NCBI GenBank assembly: GCA_963737375.1
Contig: CAVTSP010000028.1
Span: 97,090-161,089, forward strand
Source: an uncultured Actinomycetota bacterium
GTDB taxonomy: Bacteria > Actinomycetota > Actinomycetes > Mycobacteriales > Mycobacteriaceae
Length of the DNA stretch: 64,000 bases
Direction of reading: 5' to 3'
The position numbers and the translations under genes were made by a program. The notes under the pieces are model-generated. The model searched no databases. It worked only from the letters and a program-made list of their open reading frames with translations, and was not told the origin of the DNA. Positions 42,291 through 52,236 of the stretch are shown piece by piece (position 1 is the first letter of the stretch; the number at the start of each line of letters is the position of its first letter).

Positions 42291-43806
42291 ATGAGGGTGG
42301 GGATCGACTTCGGCACAACACACACCGTTGTTGCGATCGTCGATCGGGGCAACTATCCCGTGGTGTCTTTCGACGGAGTTGACTCGTGGCCGTCACTGAT
42401 CGCGGCCGACGAATCCGGCGAGTTGCGCTACGGCCCGGAAGCCGCCGCCGTCCGGCACGACCCCGGGTTGGTCGGTTCTGCGTTCCTTCAAGCGGCTGCT
42501 CAACGACGCCGGGCCGACGACCACCGTTGACCTGGCCGGACGCTCGCATCGGCTGGCCGACCTGTTCGCCGGATTCCTCGCCAAGCTGAAAAGCGATCTG
42601 CAGCATCGTTCCAACGCCGAGTTGTTGCCCGGGCAACAGGTCGAGGCCGCGATCAGCGTGCCGGCGAACGCCTCGAGCTCACAGCGCTTCTTGACGCTGG
42701 ACGCCTTCGCGCAGGCCGGCTTCGAGGTGGTGGCTCTGCTCAACGAGCCGTCCGCGGCGGGGTTCGAGTACGCCCACCGGTATCGCCCGACGATTACCGC
42801 CAAGCGGGAGTATGTGCTGATCTACGACCTCGGCGGCGGGACGTTCGACGCCTCGCTGCTGAAGATGACGGGCCGGCTCAATGAGGTGGTCTGCAGCGAA
42901 GGCATCCAGCGCCTCGGCGGTGATGACTTCGACGAGGCGATCCTCATGCTGGTTCGCACCGGTGCGGGACTGCGCAGGCTGCCCGCGGGCGCCCGCGACC
43001 AACTGCTCGAGGAATGTGCGGCGCGTAAAGAGGCCATCGGCCCCAACACCCGCCGGTTCCTGGTCGATCTCACCGCGGTCGGCAAGCCGCCGTTCACGTG
43101 CCCGATCGACGACGTCTACGCGGCCTGTATCCCGTTGGTGAACAAGACGATTGCCACGCTCCCCCGTGTCCTGCGCGACCGGGCCGGCGTCGAAGTCGAC
43201 TGGTCCGAGATCGCGGGCATCTACGTCGTGGGCGGCGCCGGGAGCTTCCCGCTGGTGGCCAGATCGCTGCGCAACGCCTTCGACGAGAAGCGGGTCAAAC
43301 GCTCGCTGCACCCGTTCGCCGCGACGGCGATCGGCCTGGCGGCGTTTCTGGACCGCGAGGCTGGATTCGCGCTCTCCGAACGCCTTTCGCGCCACTTCGG
43401 CGTCTTTCGCGAGGCCTGCGCCGGCGAGGATGTGTACTTCGATCCGATCGTGCCGAAGGGCGCCGAGCTACCTACTGCGGACCAGGCGCCCTTCGTCGTC
43501 ACCCGGACATACCGTGCCGCCCACAACATCGGGCACTTTCGGTTCGTGGAATGCAGCCGGCTGCGCGATGGTCGACCCGACGGCGACGTGACACCCTACG
43601 ATCCCGTGTTCTTCCCGTTCGATCCGGCGCTCGACGACGATCGGGATCTGCCGCTGCGGCCGGTGCACCGTCGCGACAACGGCCCGGATGTCGAGGAGCG
43701 CTACGTGATCACGTCAGGTGGTGCCGTCGAGGTCACCCTCACCACCCGCCCGGACCGGCTCAGCCGTACCTTCCGGTTGGAGCGCCGCGACCTCGCCAGC
43801 GCGTAG
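42291..43806 (+). pseudogene. Non-canonical Hsp70/actin-fold ATPase family gene, reading frame broken near 42461..42468
   Basis: ORF 42291..42530 starts MRVGIDFGTTHTVVA (Hsp70 phosphate-1 motif) and loses sense after ...AAAVRHDPG. The +1 frame reads WSVLRSFKRLLNDAGPTTTVDLAGRSH...VEAAISVPANASSSQR...LNEPSAAGFEYA...IYDLGGGTFDASLL through to 43806. The junction lies at the ccccgggtt run. Confidence 0.7.
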
Positions 43807-43819
43807 CGGTCAACTCGGT

Positions 43820-43850
43820 GGCTGCCGCCGCCGGTCAGGTAGCGGCAGCC
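43820..43850 (+). terminator. 9-bp GC hairpin after the Hsp70-like gene
   Basis: GGCTGCCGC-N13-GCGGCAGCC, 14 nt after the stop, in the spacer between convergent genes. Confidence 0.4.
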
Positions 43851-43926
43851 TTCCGAGCCGCCCGCGATCAGCGCCCACGGCCGGTACTTCGCGGTGTCGA
43901 TCACCGGGCGATGCGCAGACGACCGC

Positions 43927-44367
43927 TTACGAAGTGTGAACGATCAGCACGTCGACTTTCGCCCGGCGCGAGACATTGGCAGGAACGGATCCCAGCAGCC
44001 GGCCGGCGATCGTGCTGAGGCCGACGTTGCCGACGACCAGCAGGTCGGCGCCAACTTCCTCGGCGAGACCCACCAGCGCGTCCACCGGGGCGCCGACAAT
44101 CGACCGCTCCTCGATGTTCGCGGCCCCCGCTTTGGCGGCCCGATCCCTGGCCTCGCGCAGAATGGCGTAGATCGGGGCACTGCCCGCCACTTTGTAGCTC
44201 TCGTCCTTCAGAGCGTCGGCAGCCCGCGGGTCCTCGTGCTGAGGTAGATAGGCCGTCGCGACAATCAGCTTCGCGTCCGCCCCAGCAATGCTGCCTGCCT
44301 TCTCCACCGCGCGCAGCGACGAATCCGATCCGTCGGTTCCTACCACCACGGTCCGATAGGCGCTCAT
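43927..44367 (-). CDS. Universal stress protein (Rv1636/TB15.3-like)
   Basis: 146 aa, TVVVGTDGSDSSLRAVEKA...GADLLVVGNVGLSTIAGRLLGSVPANVSRRAKVDVLIVHT (USP nucleotide-binding G-2x-G-9x-G(S/T) motif). Confidence 0.92.
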   Translation of the reverse strand: MSAYRTVVVGTDGSDSSLRAVEKAGSIAGADAKLIVATAYLPQHEDPRAADALKDESYKVAGSAPIYAILREARDRAAKAGAANIEERSIVGAPVDALVGLAEEVGADLLVVGNVGLSTIAGRLLGSVPANVSRRAKVDVLIVHTS

Positions 44368-44677
44368 TTACCCTCCCAGGTGTTCGGTTGCTACGCCAAC
44401 CCCAGACAGTAACGGTTTGCCGCAGACAGATGGTCGAATTGAAACACGCCGATTCGGCTCCCAATTGTCGGCTAGCGGTGTGGCACGCGAATTCTGAAGC
44501 GCCAATCCGACCCACGGCGTGGTCGGAATTCGGTCGAATTCGATGAAACATGTTGATGTGCAATTACTCTCATCGATAAACCGCAAGGAGCGCCCTGTCG
44601 AAGGATTTGGTGGCACAGGCAAAAGTAGTGCGTGAGCAGGCAGGACGGGTAAGCAGGTTCACCAGAGTGGCTTTACA

Positions 44678-46252
44678 GTGACAGACATCATGGTTGCCAC
44701 CACAGTCGAGGAACCGAGCACAGCGCTCGCGTCAGATGAACCGCCTGCGCGGCCCCCGGGCAGGCTGCTGGACCCGCTCGCGGTTGCCATATCGGCGAGC
44801 ATCATCGGCAGCGTGGCGGCGGGACATCCTTCGTTGTGGTTCGACGAGAGCGCGACGATTTCCGCGTCCGCGAGCCGTTCGCTGCCTGAGCTCTGGGGGC
44901 TGCTGGGCCGAATCGACGCCGTCCACGGCTTGTTTTACCTGCTGATGCACGGCTGGTTCTGCCTTGCCCCGCCGACCGAATTCTGGTCGCGGGTGCCCAG
45001 CTGTCTGGCCGTCGGCATCGCAGCGGCCGGAGTTGTGGTGTTCGGCAAACTGTTTTTGCCGCGGACCACCGCGGTGTGCGCGGGACTGGTGTTCGCCATC
45101 CTGCCGCGCGTGACCTGGGCTGCGGTCGAAGCACGCTCCTATGCGCTCACCGCGGCCGTGGCGGTCTGGCTGACTGTGTTACTGGTCACTGCTGTACGAC
45201 GGCACCAGTGGCGGCTGTGGGTGCTCTATTCGCTCGCGCTGATGTTGGCGATCCTGCTCAACATCTATCTGGTGCTGCTGGTGCCGGCGTACGCCGTCGT
45301 CACCCCGCTGCTCCGGCGCCAGCGCTCCGTCATCGTGTGGTGGGCGGTCTCGTCGGCTGTCGCGGTCGGCGCGCTGACGCCACTGATGCTGTTCGCCCGT
45401 GGGCAGAGTTTCCAGGTTGCGTGGATTCACTCGTTGAGTTGGCACAGCGTGCTCGACGTGGTGCTGCACCAGTACTTCGACAACAGTGTGCCGTTCGCGA
45501 TCCTGGCGGCGCTCATTTTCGTTGTTGCGCTGACGATTCGGTTCACCGGCCGATGGCAGTCCGCCGGCGAGATCCGCCGGATGCTGATCATCTGCGGGGC
45601 ATGGATTGTGATTCCCACTGCCATCAGCCTGATCTATTCGGCGATCAGCGATCCGTTCTACTACCCGCGGTATCTGTTCTTCACAACGCCGGCGATGGCG
45701 ATCGTGCTGGCCATCTGCATCGTGGCGATCACCCGCCGACCGCGATGGATCGCGCTGATCCTGGTCGTGCTCGCCGCGGCCGCCGTGCCCAACTATCTAC
45801 TATCGCAACGTCAGCGGTATGCCAAGGAGGGCTGGGATTACAGCGACGTCGCCGACGTCATCACCGCGCAGGCTTCGCCCGGTGACTGCCTGCTGGTCGA
45901 CAACACGGTCAACTGGTTGCCCGGACCGGTCCGGGCTCTGCTCGCGGCCCGTCCCGCCGCCTTCCGACCGCTGGTGGACATCGGCCGTGGTGTTCCGGCA
46001 CCCAAGCGGGAGACGCTGTGGGACGGCCATATCGCGGTTTGGCTGATCGTCGGCCGACTGTACAAATGCACGACGCTGTGGACGATTTCCACCCGCGACA
46101 CCAAACTGCCCGATCATCAAACAGGCAACAAACTGCCGCCGGGCCGAGTGCTGGCCCACACCCCCGCCTATCTGGTGCCGCAAAACGTGGGGTTCCGCAT
46201 GGTCGAGCGCTGGCAATTCCACCGCGCCCAGGTGGTCAAGTCGGTCCGCTGA
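44678..46252 (+). CDS. GT-C fold polytopic glycosyl/mannosyltransferase (Rv1635c-like)
   Basis: 524 aa with ~10 hydrophobic helices and an early loop SLWFDESATISAS (acidic DE motif typical of GT-C/PMT-like enzymes), then a C-terminal soluble domain. Confidence 0.75.
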   Translation: MTDIMVATTVEEPSTALASDEPPARPPGRLLDPLAVAISASIIGSVAAGHPSLWFDESATISASASRSLPELWGLLGRIDAVHGLFYLLMHGWFCLAPPTEFWSRVPSCLAVGIAAAGVVVFGKLFLPRTTAVCAGLVFAILPRVTWAAVEARSYALTAAVAVWLTVLLVTAVRRHQWRLWVLYSLALMLAILLNIYLVLLVPAYAVVTPLLRRQRSVIVWWAVSSAVAVGALTPLMLFARGQSFQVAWIHSLSWHSVLDVVLHQYFDNSVPFAILAALIFVVALTIRFTGRWQSAGEIRRMLIICGAWIVIPTAISLIYSAISDPFYYPRYLFFTTPAMAIVLAICIVAITRRPRWIALILVVLAAAAVPNYLLSQRQRYAKEGWDYSDVADVITAQASPGDCLLVDNTVNWLPGPVRALLAARPAAFRPLVDIGRGVPAPKRETLWDGHIAVWLIVGRLYKCTTLWTISTRDTKLPDHQTGNKLPPGRVLAHTPAYLVPQNVGFRMVERWQFHRAQVVKSVR

Positions 46253-46303
46253 TCGGTCGCAGCACGCACGCGCCGAGATCGCTTGTGCGCGAAAGTAAGC
46301 AGC

Positions 46304-47704
46304 TCACCGTAGACCGCGGACGGCGCGACTGGAGGCGAGCGCGCCCAGAACGCCGACCGCGGCGAATACCGCGAACAGCGCCCGCGCGGCGATCGCCTGA
46401 CCGCCCGGCGTGCTGTTGACCACGACACCGGCCAGCCCGGCGCCGAATGCCCCGGCGATCACTTCGATCGTGTTGATCGCGGCGCCCGCGGCCGCACCTT
46501 CCTGCTCGTCGACGCACTGCATCGCCCACGCGGACAAATGAGGCCAGCCTGCGCCGATGCCGGCTCCGGTGATGGTCAGCGCCAGCGCCCACGTGACGAC
46601 GAGGCCTGCCGGGGCATTCTCGACCTGGCTGACGGCAGTCAGGATCAGGCCGAGCGCTATCACCAGCGGCGCGGCGATGACGACCCGGTTGATGACTTTC
46701 CTGCTTTTCAGCGATGCGCTGAAAAGCTCACTGACCGCCCAGCCGATCGCCAGTGCGGCCCCCAGGAATCCGGCCACCACGGGAACCAGATGTCCCAAGC
46801 GCTGCCCGAACAGCGGCACATACATGTCGACCATCGCCGAGGTCATCAGCACCGCCAGCGCCAGGTAAATCCATTTCAGCGGCCCCGGTCCAAACATGCT
46901 CGGCGGCAGCACTTTTACCGTGGCACGCCGGTCCACGACGAGGAATAGGGCGATCAGGATCACGCTGACCACAAGCAACGCTGCGGTCAACGCGACTTTG
47001 GTCGGGACCTGGGCGACGCTGACGGTCAGAGCCGCGGCGCTCAACAACAGCACCGACCATGCCGGTACTTGCAGCGCAGACGTGGGTTGCTCGGGATCGA
47101 CGTGGCCGGCCGGCAGCACCAGCGGGACGAGCGCGCCCATCGCTACCGACAGCATCGCCATGACACCGAATGCCCAGCGCCACAAACCGAATTGGGCGAA
47201 CAGGCCACCGGCCGCCGGGCCCACCACCGTGGCGACACCCCACATCGCCGAGACCAACGCCGACGCCCTCGTCCACAGCGCCCGCGGCAGAGTGGTCGTG
47301 ATCAGCGCGTAGCCCAGACCGGCCAGCAGTCCCCCGGCCGCACCCTGCAGCGTGCGGCCCAGCAGCAACACACCCATACTCGGCGCGATCGTGCACACCA
47401 CGCTGCCGATCCCGAATACCGCCAACCCCAACAGGAATGACCGTCGCGCCCCGACCCGTAACAGCGACGCGTTGACCGTCGCGGCCGCGACCACCGACCC
47501 CACCAGGTACAGCGTCGTGACCCACGCGAAGAGGCGCTCACCGCCGATCTCGGCGATCGCGCTCGGCAAGAGGCTGACCGTCAGGAATTCATTTGTCGCA
47601 TACAGCGCCACGCCACCGGCCAGCAGCGTCGACGTGCCGAGGAACTTCGGGCCCAACAGCGCCCGCCAGCCGTCGTCCGCCGGTTTGCCGCGAGCTGCGC
47701 TCAC
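46304..47704 (-). CDS. MFS transporter (14-TM drug:H+ antiporter-like, Rv1634-like)
   Basis: 466 aa, hydrophobic throughout, with MFS loop motifs ([17 protein letters not shown]). The GTG start overlaps the uvrB stop (GTGA 47701..47704). Confidence 0.88.
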   Translation of the reverse strand: MSAARGKPADDGWRALLGPKFLGTSTLLAGGVALYATNEFLTVSLLPSAIAEIGGERLFAWVTTLYLVGSVVAAATVNASLLRVGARRSFLLGLAVFGIGSVVCTIAPSMGVLLLGRTLQGAAGGLLAGLGYALITTTLPRALWTRASALVSAMWGVATVVGPAAGGLFAQFGLWRWAFGVMAMLSVAMGALVPLVLPAGHVDPEQPTSALQVPAWSVLLLSAAALTVSVAQVPTKVALTAALLVVSVILIALFLVVDRRATVKVLPPSMFGPGPLKWIYLALAVLMTSAMVDMYVPLFGQRLGHLVPVVAGFLGAALAIGWAVSELFSASLKSRKVINRVVIAAPLVIALGLILTAVSQVENAPAGLVVTWALALTITGAGIGAGWPHLSAWAMQCVDEQEGAAAGAAINTIEVIAGAFGAGLAGVVVNSTPGGQAIAARALFAVFAAVGVLGALASSRAVRGLR

Positions 47705-49800
47705 TTCAGTCCGGCGGCGTCCATCCCGCGCAGCTCTTTCTTCAGATCGGAGATTTCGTCGCGGAAGCGGGCGGCCAGCTCGAACTGCAGGTCGCGCGCC
47801 GCGGTCATCATCTGCGCGGTGAGATCCTTGATCAGGTCGGCCAGCTCGGCCCGGGGCATGTTTGCGGTGTCGCGGCCTTCGACGATCCCGGCGCTGACCG
47901 CTCGGCCCGGCTCGCCCTGAGCCCGGCGCCCCCGCGAGGAGTTCCGGCCGGAGCCGCCGATCTCGATGGTGTCGCTGTCGTCGGCCTCGCGGTATACCTG
48001 GTCGAGAATGTCGGCGATCTTCTTGCGCAGCGGCTGCGGGTCAATGCCCCGCTCTTCGTTGTAAGCGACCTGCTTGGCGCGGCGCCGGTCGGTCTCGTCG
48101 ATCGCCTCTCTCATCGAGTCGGTGATCTTGTCCGCGTACATGTGGACTTCGCCGGATACGTTGCGCGCGGCACGGCCAATGGTCTGGATCAGGCTGCGCG
48201 ACGAACGCAGAAAGCCCTCTTTGTCGGCGTCCAGGATCGCGACCAGCGACACCTCGGGCAGGTCGAGGCCCTCGCGCAGCAGGTTGATGCCGATCAGCAC
48301 GTCGTACTCACCGAGCCGCAATTGCCGCAGCAGCTCGACCCGGCGCAGAGTGTCGACCTCGGAGTGCAGGTAACGCACCCGAATACCGAGCTCCAGCAGG
48401 TAGTCGGTCAGATCCTCGGCCATCTTCTTGGTCAGGGTCGTGACCAGGATTCGCTCGTCGGCCTCGGCGCGTTTGCGGATCTCGCCGATCAGATCATCGA
48501 TCTGTCCTTTGGTGGGCTTCACCACGACCTTCGGGTCCACCAGGCCGGTCGGGCGGATCACCTGCTCGACGAACTCACCGGCGGCCTGGCTCAGCTCGTA
48601 GGGGCCTGGGGTGGCCGACAAGTACACCGTTTGCCCGATTCGGTCGGCGAACTCTTCCCACGTCAGTGGCCGGTTGTCGCACGCGGAAGGCAGCCGGAAA
48701 CCGAATTCGACGAGATTGCGCTTACGCGACATGTCACCCTCGTACATGCCGCCGATCTGCGGCACCGTGACGTGGGACTCGTCGATGACCATCAGAAAGT
48801 CTTCCGGGAAGTAGTCGATCAGCGTCGCCGGCGGCGAGCCGGGCCCGCGGTCGTCGATGTGCCGCGAATAGTTCTCGATCCCCGAGCAGAACCCGACCTG
48901 ACGCATCATCTCGACGTCGTAGTTCGTCCGCATCCGCAGCCGCTGGGCCTCGAGCAGCTTGCCCTGGCCCTCGAGCTCGGCCAGCCGATCCTCGAGTTCC
49001 TGCTCGATGGTCGAGATGGCGTGTGCCATTCGTTCCGGTCCGGCCACGTAGTGAGTCGCCGGGAAAACGCGCAGCGAATCGACCTGGCGCACAACGTCGC
49101 CGGTGAGCGGGTGCATGTAGTACAGCGCCTCGATCTCGTCGCCGAAATACTCGATGCGAAGCGCAAGCTCCTCATAGGACGGGATGATCTCGACGGTGTC
49201 GCCGCGCACCCGAAACGTGCCGCGGGTGAACGACATGTCGTTGCGGGTGTACTGCACGTCGACCAGCAGCCGCAGCAGCGCGTCACGCGGGACCTCGGCG
49301 CCCACCTTCAGCTCCACCGACCGGTCCAGGTAGGACTGCGGTGTGCCCAGCCCGTAAATGCAGGACACCGACGCGACCACCACCACGTCGCGGCGCGACA
49401 GCAGCGACGACGTCGCGGAGTGCCGGAGCCGCTCGACGTCGTCGTTGATCGAGCTGTCCTTCTCGATGTAGGTGTCGGTCTGCGCGATGTACGCCTCGGG
49501 CTGGTAGTAGTCGTAGTACGAGACGAAGTATTCAACTGCGTTGTGCGGCAACATCTCCCGCAGCTCGTTGGCCAGCTGCGCGGCCAGCGTCTTGTTCGGG
49601 GCCATCACCAGGGTGGGCCGCTGCAGCCGCTCGATGAGCCACGCGGTGGTGGCCGACTTGCCGGTACCGGTTGCGCCGAGCAGGACGACGTCGCGCTCCC
49701 CTGCCCGAATCCGGCGTTCGAGATCTTCGATCGCGGCCGGCTGGTCACCGGCCGGCGCATACGGGCTGACCACCTCGAAGCGGCCGCCGGCCCGCACCAT
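47701..49800 (-). CDS. uvrB: Excinuclease ABC subunit B
   Basis: From ATG 49800: [51 protein letters not shown]..., DESH box VIDESHVT, C-terminal UVR motif [14 protein letters not shown]. The upstream 48 codons of the track ORF are not protein-like (see finding). Confidence 0.96.
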   Translation of the reverse strand: MVRAGGRFEVVSPYAPAGDQPAAIEDLERRIRAGERDVVLLGATGTGKSATTAWLIERLQRPTLVMAPNKTLAAQLANELREMLPHNAVEYFVSYYDYYQPEAYIAQTDTYIEKDSSINDDVERLRHSATSSLLSRRDVVVVASVSCIYGLGTPQSYLDRSVELKVGAEVPRDALLRLLVDVQYTRNDMSFTRGTFRVRGDTVEIIPSYEELALRIEYFGDEIEALYYMHPLTGDVVRQVDSLRVFPATHYVAGPERMAHAISTIEQELEDRLAELEGQGKLLEAQRLRMRTNYDVEMMRQVGFCSGIENYSRHIDDRGPGSPPATLIDYFPEDFLMVIDESHVTVPQIGGMYEGDMSRKRNLVEFGFRLPSACDNRPLTWEEFADRIGQTVYLSATPGPYELSQAAGEFVEQVIRPTGLVDPKVVVKPTKGQIDDLIGEIRKRAEADERILVTTLTKKMAEDLTDYLLELGIRVRYLHSEVDTLRRVELLRQLRLGEYDVLIGINLLREGLDLPEVSLVAILDADKEGFLRSSRSLIQTIGRAARNVSGEVHMYADKITDSMREAIDETDRRRAKQVAYNEERGIDPQPLRKKIADILDQVYREADDSDTIEIGGSGRNSSRGRRAQGEPGRAVSAGIVEGRDTANMPRAELADLIKDLTAQMMTAARDLQFELAARFRDEISDLKKELRGMDAAGLK

Positions 49801-49901
49801 GTCTTCAAGACCGGGCGGTATTCGGAGTGCGCCAGCACTGGATGCTCGGTAGCAAACGCCATGTTCACCAGGGTAGAGCCCGGTACTGACAAACCGAGCG
49901 A

Positions 49902-51941
49902 TCAGCTGTGCTGGCTGGTCCACACCCGGGTACCGGGGTCGCATTCGATGAGGTGCCCGTCTTCGGACTTCGACATGGTGAACACCGGTGTGTCGGTGCA
50001 GGAGGTCCCGACCGGGTGCACGCCCGTGGTCGCCGGCGCCTTATCCCAGATATTGGTCTCGCACACGACCTGCTCATTGGACGTGGGGTCGTAGGCGACT
50101 TTGTCGATATCGGTGCACGGCCCACCCAGCGCAGTCGGCGACGGGGCCCCGATCGGCGCGGCGGTCTGGTTGGCGGCCTTCGCCGGATCGGCCATGGTCA
50201 CATCGGGCGGAACATCACCGGTGCGCGATCCGACGACCGGGATCCGCAGCGTCGCGCCTTGCGAGCCGCACTCGTTGGTCTGCACGGTTTGGGTCTGGAC
50301 GCCGCGCAGCGTGCCGTCGGGTTCCGGCGTCAACGACCACACCACGGTCTCGGACTGCGTGACGATCGGTGCCCCGCGTGCTTTCTGGCACTGGGCCTGC
50401 AGCTGCCGCGGCTCGCTCTGCCAATGCCCGTCGACGTAATGCAGGACGCTGGTGTTGCCGGTGCCCGTACTCTTCGCGGACGTGTGACTGGCCTCGTCGA
50501 GCTTGGTTCCGGTCGCCGCGCAACCGGATGCGGTGCAGGCCGACGAGAAGGACCACCACGTCGTGTCGCCACCGTTGGTCCGGATGACGCCGTTCGACGT
50601 CTGCCTGGCGCGGTCGTAGTCGAGCCGATAGCTGCCGTTCAGGGGCGGCGCCGCGAGGGCCGACCCCGAGGTCGACGTCTTGTTCACCCGCGGTGGTGAC
50701 GCGTTGTTGACCTGGGGCTGGTCGTCCCAGGAGAAGAATGAGATCGCCCACGTCACGGCCAGCGACAGCAGTGCCAGAACGATGGCCGCGGCAATACCGG
50801 TCTTGAGCGTCAACTGCCGCCGGCGCGCCTTGGCGTGCGGACGCCGGATCAGCGATCGAGGACGATCGCCTTCGCCGCAGCCCGCGATCTGCTCGCTGAA
50901 GGCCGCGGCGAACTGGCGGCATCGGTCGAATCGGTCCGCGGGCTCCTTGGCCAGAGCTTTGAAGAACATGTCGTCGAGGCCGGCCAAATCGGGGCGGTAG
51001 TCGCTGAGCCTCGGGGGCGCCGCATGCAGGTGCTGCCCGATCACCGCGACCGGGTTGGGGTTGGAGAACGGCGGGGCGCCGGTGAGCAGGTGGAACGCCG
51101 ACGCCGCCAGCGCGTACTGGTCGGCGCGGCCGTCCATGTTGGACCCGACCAGTTGCTCGGGGGCCGCGTAAGCGACGGTACCCACCGCGACGTTGGTCTC
51201 GGTGATTCCGCTGATGTCGGCGAGTTGGCGGGCAACGCCGAAGTCCGCCAACAGGATTCGGTGATCGTCCTCGTCCGGGTGGGTCAGCAGGATGTTGGCG
51301 GGTTTGACGTCCCGGTGCAGCAGACCGCGGGCGTGGGCGTAGTCCAGCGCGCCCGCGACGGCGGTGACGATCGCGCAGACGTCCTGCTCGGGCATCCCGC
51401 CCCGGAACTTCTCCCGCATCAGCCGGGCAGCATCGGTGCCCTCGACGTAGTCCATGGCGATCCAGAGGTGGCCGTCGAACTCACCACGATCGTGCACCGC
51501 GACGATGTGCGGATGCCACAGCGTGGCAGCGAGATCAGCTTCGCGGTTGAATCTTTCGCGGAATTCCGCGTCGGCCGTCGTCCCTTCGCTCAAGATCTTG
51601 AGCGCATCCCGGCGCGGCAGGCGCGGATGTTTGGCGAGGTAGACGTCGGCCATCCCACCGGATCCCAGGGGCCGCAGGATGGTGTAGCCCGCGAACGACG
51701 TCGGTGCGGCGAGAGCGCTATCCGACGAATCGTTGGCGCTGCGTCGACGGACGTCGACCGCGTCGCGCTGGGGCCGCGACCCGATCAGCGGTACTCGGGT
51801 CAGCAGCCGGGTGATCCCCAGATCCGGTAGCGACGCGTAGCCACGTTCCAACAGGCTGCGGGAACGTGGCGGTGCCGCCGGCTGCGGGGGTGGCCCTGAT
51901 TGGGCGTCCCAGCGCTGAGTAGCTCTGGTCGCCTCATCCAT
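49902..51941 (-). CDS. Transmembrane Ser/Thr protein kinase with Cys-containing extracytoplasmic domain
   Basis: Hanks kinase motifs [35 protein letters not shown]. One TM helix ([21 protein letters not shown]), then a ~270-aa extracellular part with paired cysteines. Confidence 0.92.
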   Translation of the reverse strand: MDEATRATQRWDAQSGPPPQPAAPPRSRSLLERGYASLPDLGITRLLTRVPLIGSRPQRDAVDVRRRSANDSSDSALAAPTSFAGYTILRPLGSGGMADVYLAKHPRLPRRDALKILSEGTTADAEFRERFNREADLAATLWHPHIVAVHDRGEFDGHLWIAMDYVEGTDAARLMREKFRGGMPEQDVCAIVTAVAGALDYAHARGLLHRDVKPANILLTHPDEDDHRILLADFGVARQLADISGITETNVAVGTVAYAAPEQLVGSNMDGRADQYALAASAFHLLTGAPPFSNPNPVAVIGQHLHAAPPRLSDYRPDLAGLDDMFFKALAKEPADRFDRCRQFAAAFSEQIAGCGEGDRPRSLIRRPHAKARRRQLTLKTGIAAAIVLALLSLAVTWAISFFSWDDQPQVNNASPPRVNKTSTSGSALAAPPLNGSYRLDYDRARQTSNGVIRTNGGDTTWWSFSSACTASGCAATGTKLDEASHTSAKSTGTGNTSVLHYVDGHWQSEPRQLQAQCQKARGAPIVTQSETVVWSLTPEPDGTLRGVQTQTVQTNECGSQGATLRIPVVGSRTGDVPPDVTMADPAKAANQTAAPIGAPSPTALGGPCTDIDKVAYDPTSNEQVVCETNIWDKAPATTGVHPVGTSCTDTPVFTMSKSEDGHLIECDPGTRVWTSQHS

Positions 51942-52236
51942 CGACGCGTTCCCCCTTACTTCACTCGTTAGGCGTGCGCTCCACCAGTCTCCCGGCTACC
52001 CGCCGGAGTCACACTTTGAATCACTTGCGGGCCGGGCATTTTCAACATCCCCGAGGTGCGCACGAGTTCATCGAACTGGCTCACCATTGATGATCATGCC
52101 GCGAGACGCGGTGCGCTCCTGTTGTGCCACTTATGAAACAGCTGTGAATCGAGCTCGTGAGAGCAGCTCGCGGCAACACATAGCCGAATCACAGTGCGTC
52201 CCGTGGAAGCCATGCCGTCGCGGAGTCGATACTGGT

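Noticed and set aside
47593-50094. 833-aa ORF on the + strand
   Set aside because: Antisense to uvrB and to the 3' end of the kinase gene. No motifs, whereas uvrB is unambiguous on the other strand.
51942-52236. CRP/Cmr-type TGTGA-N6-TCACA sites in the kinase / FHA-ABC divergent spacer
   Set aside because: Only isolated half-sites (TGTGA near 52143, TCACA near 52189 and near 52010) at the wrong spacing. No full dyad.
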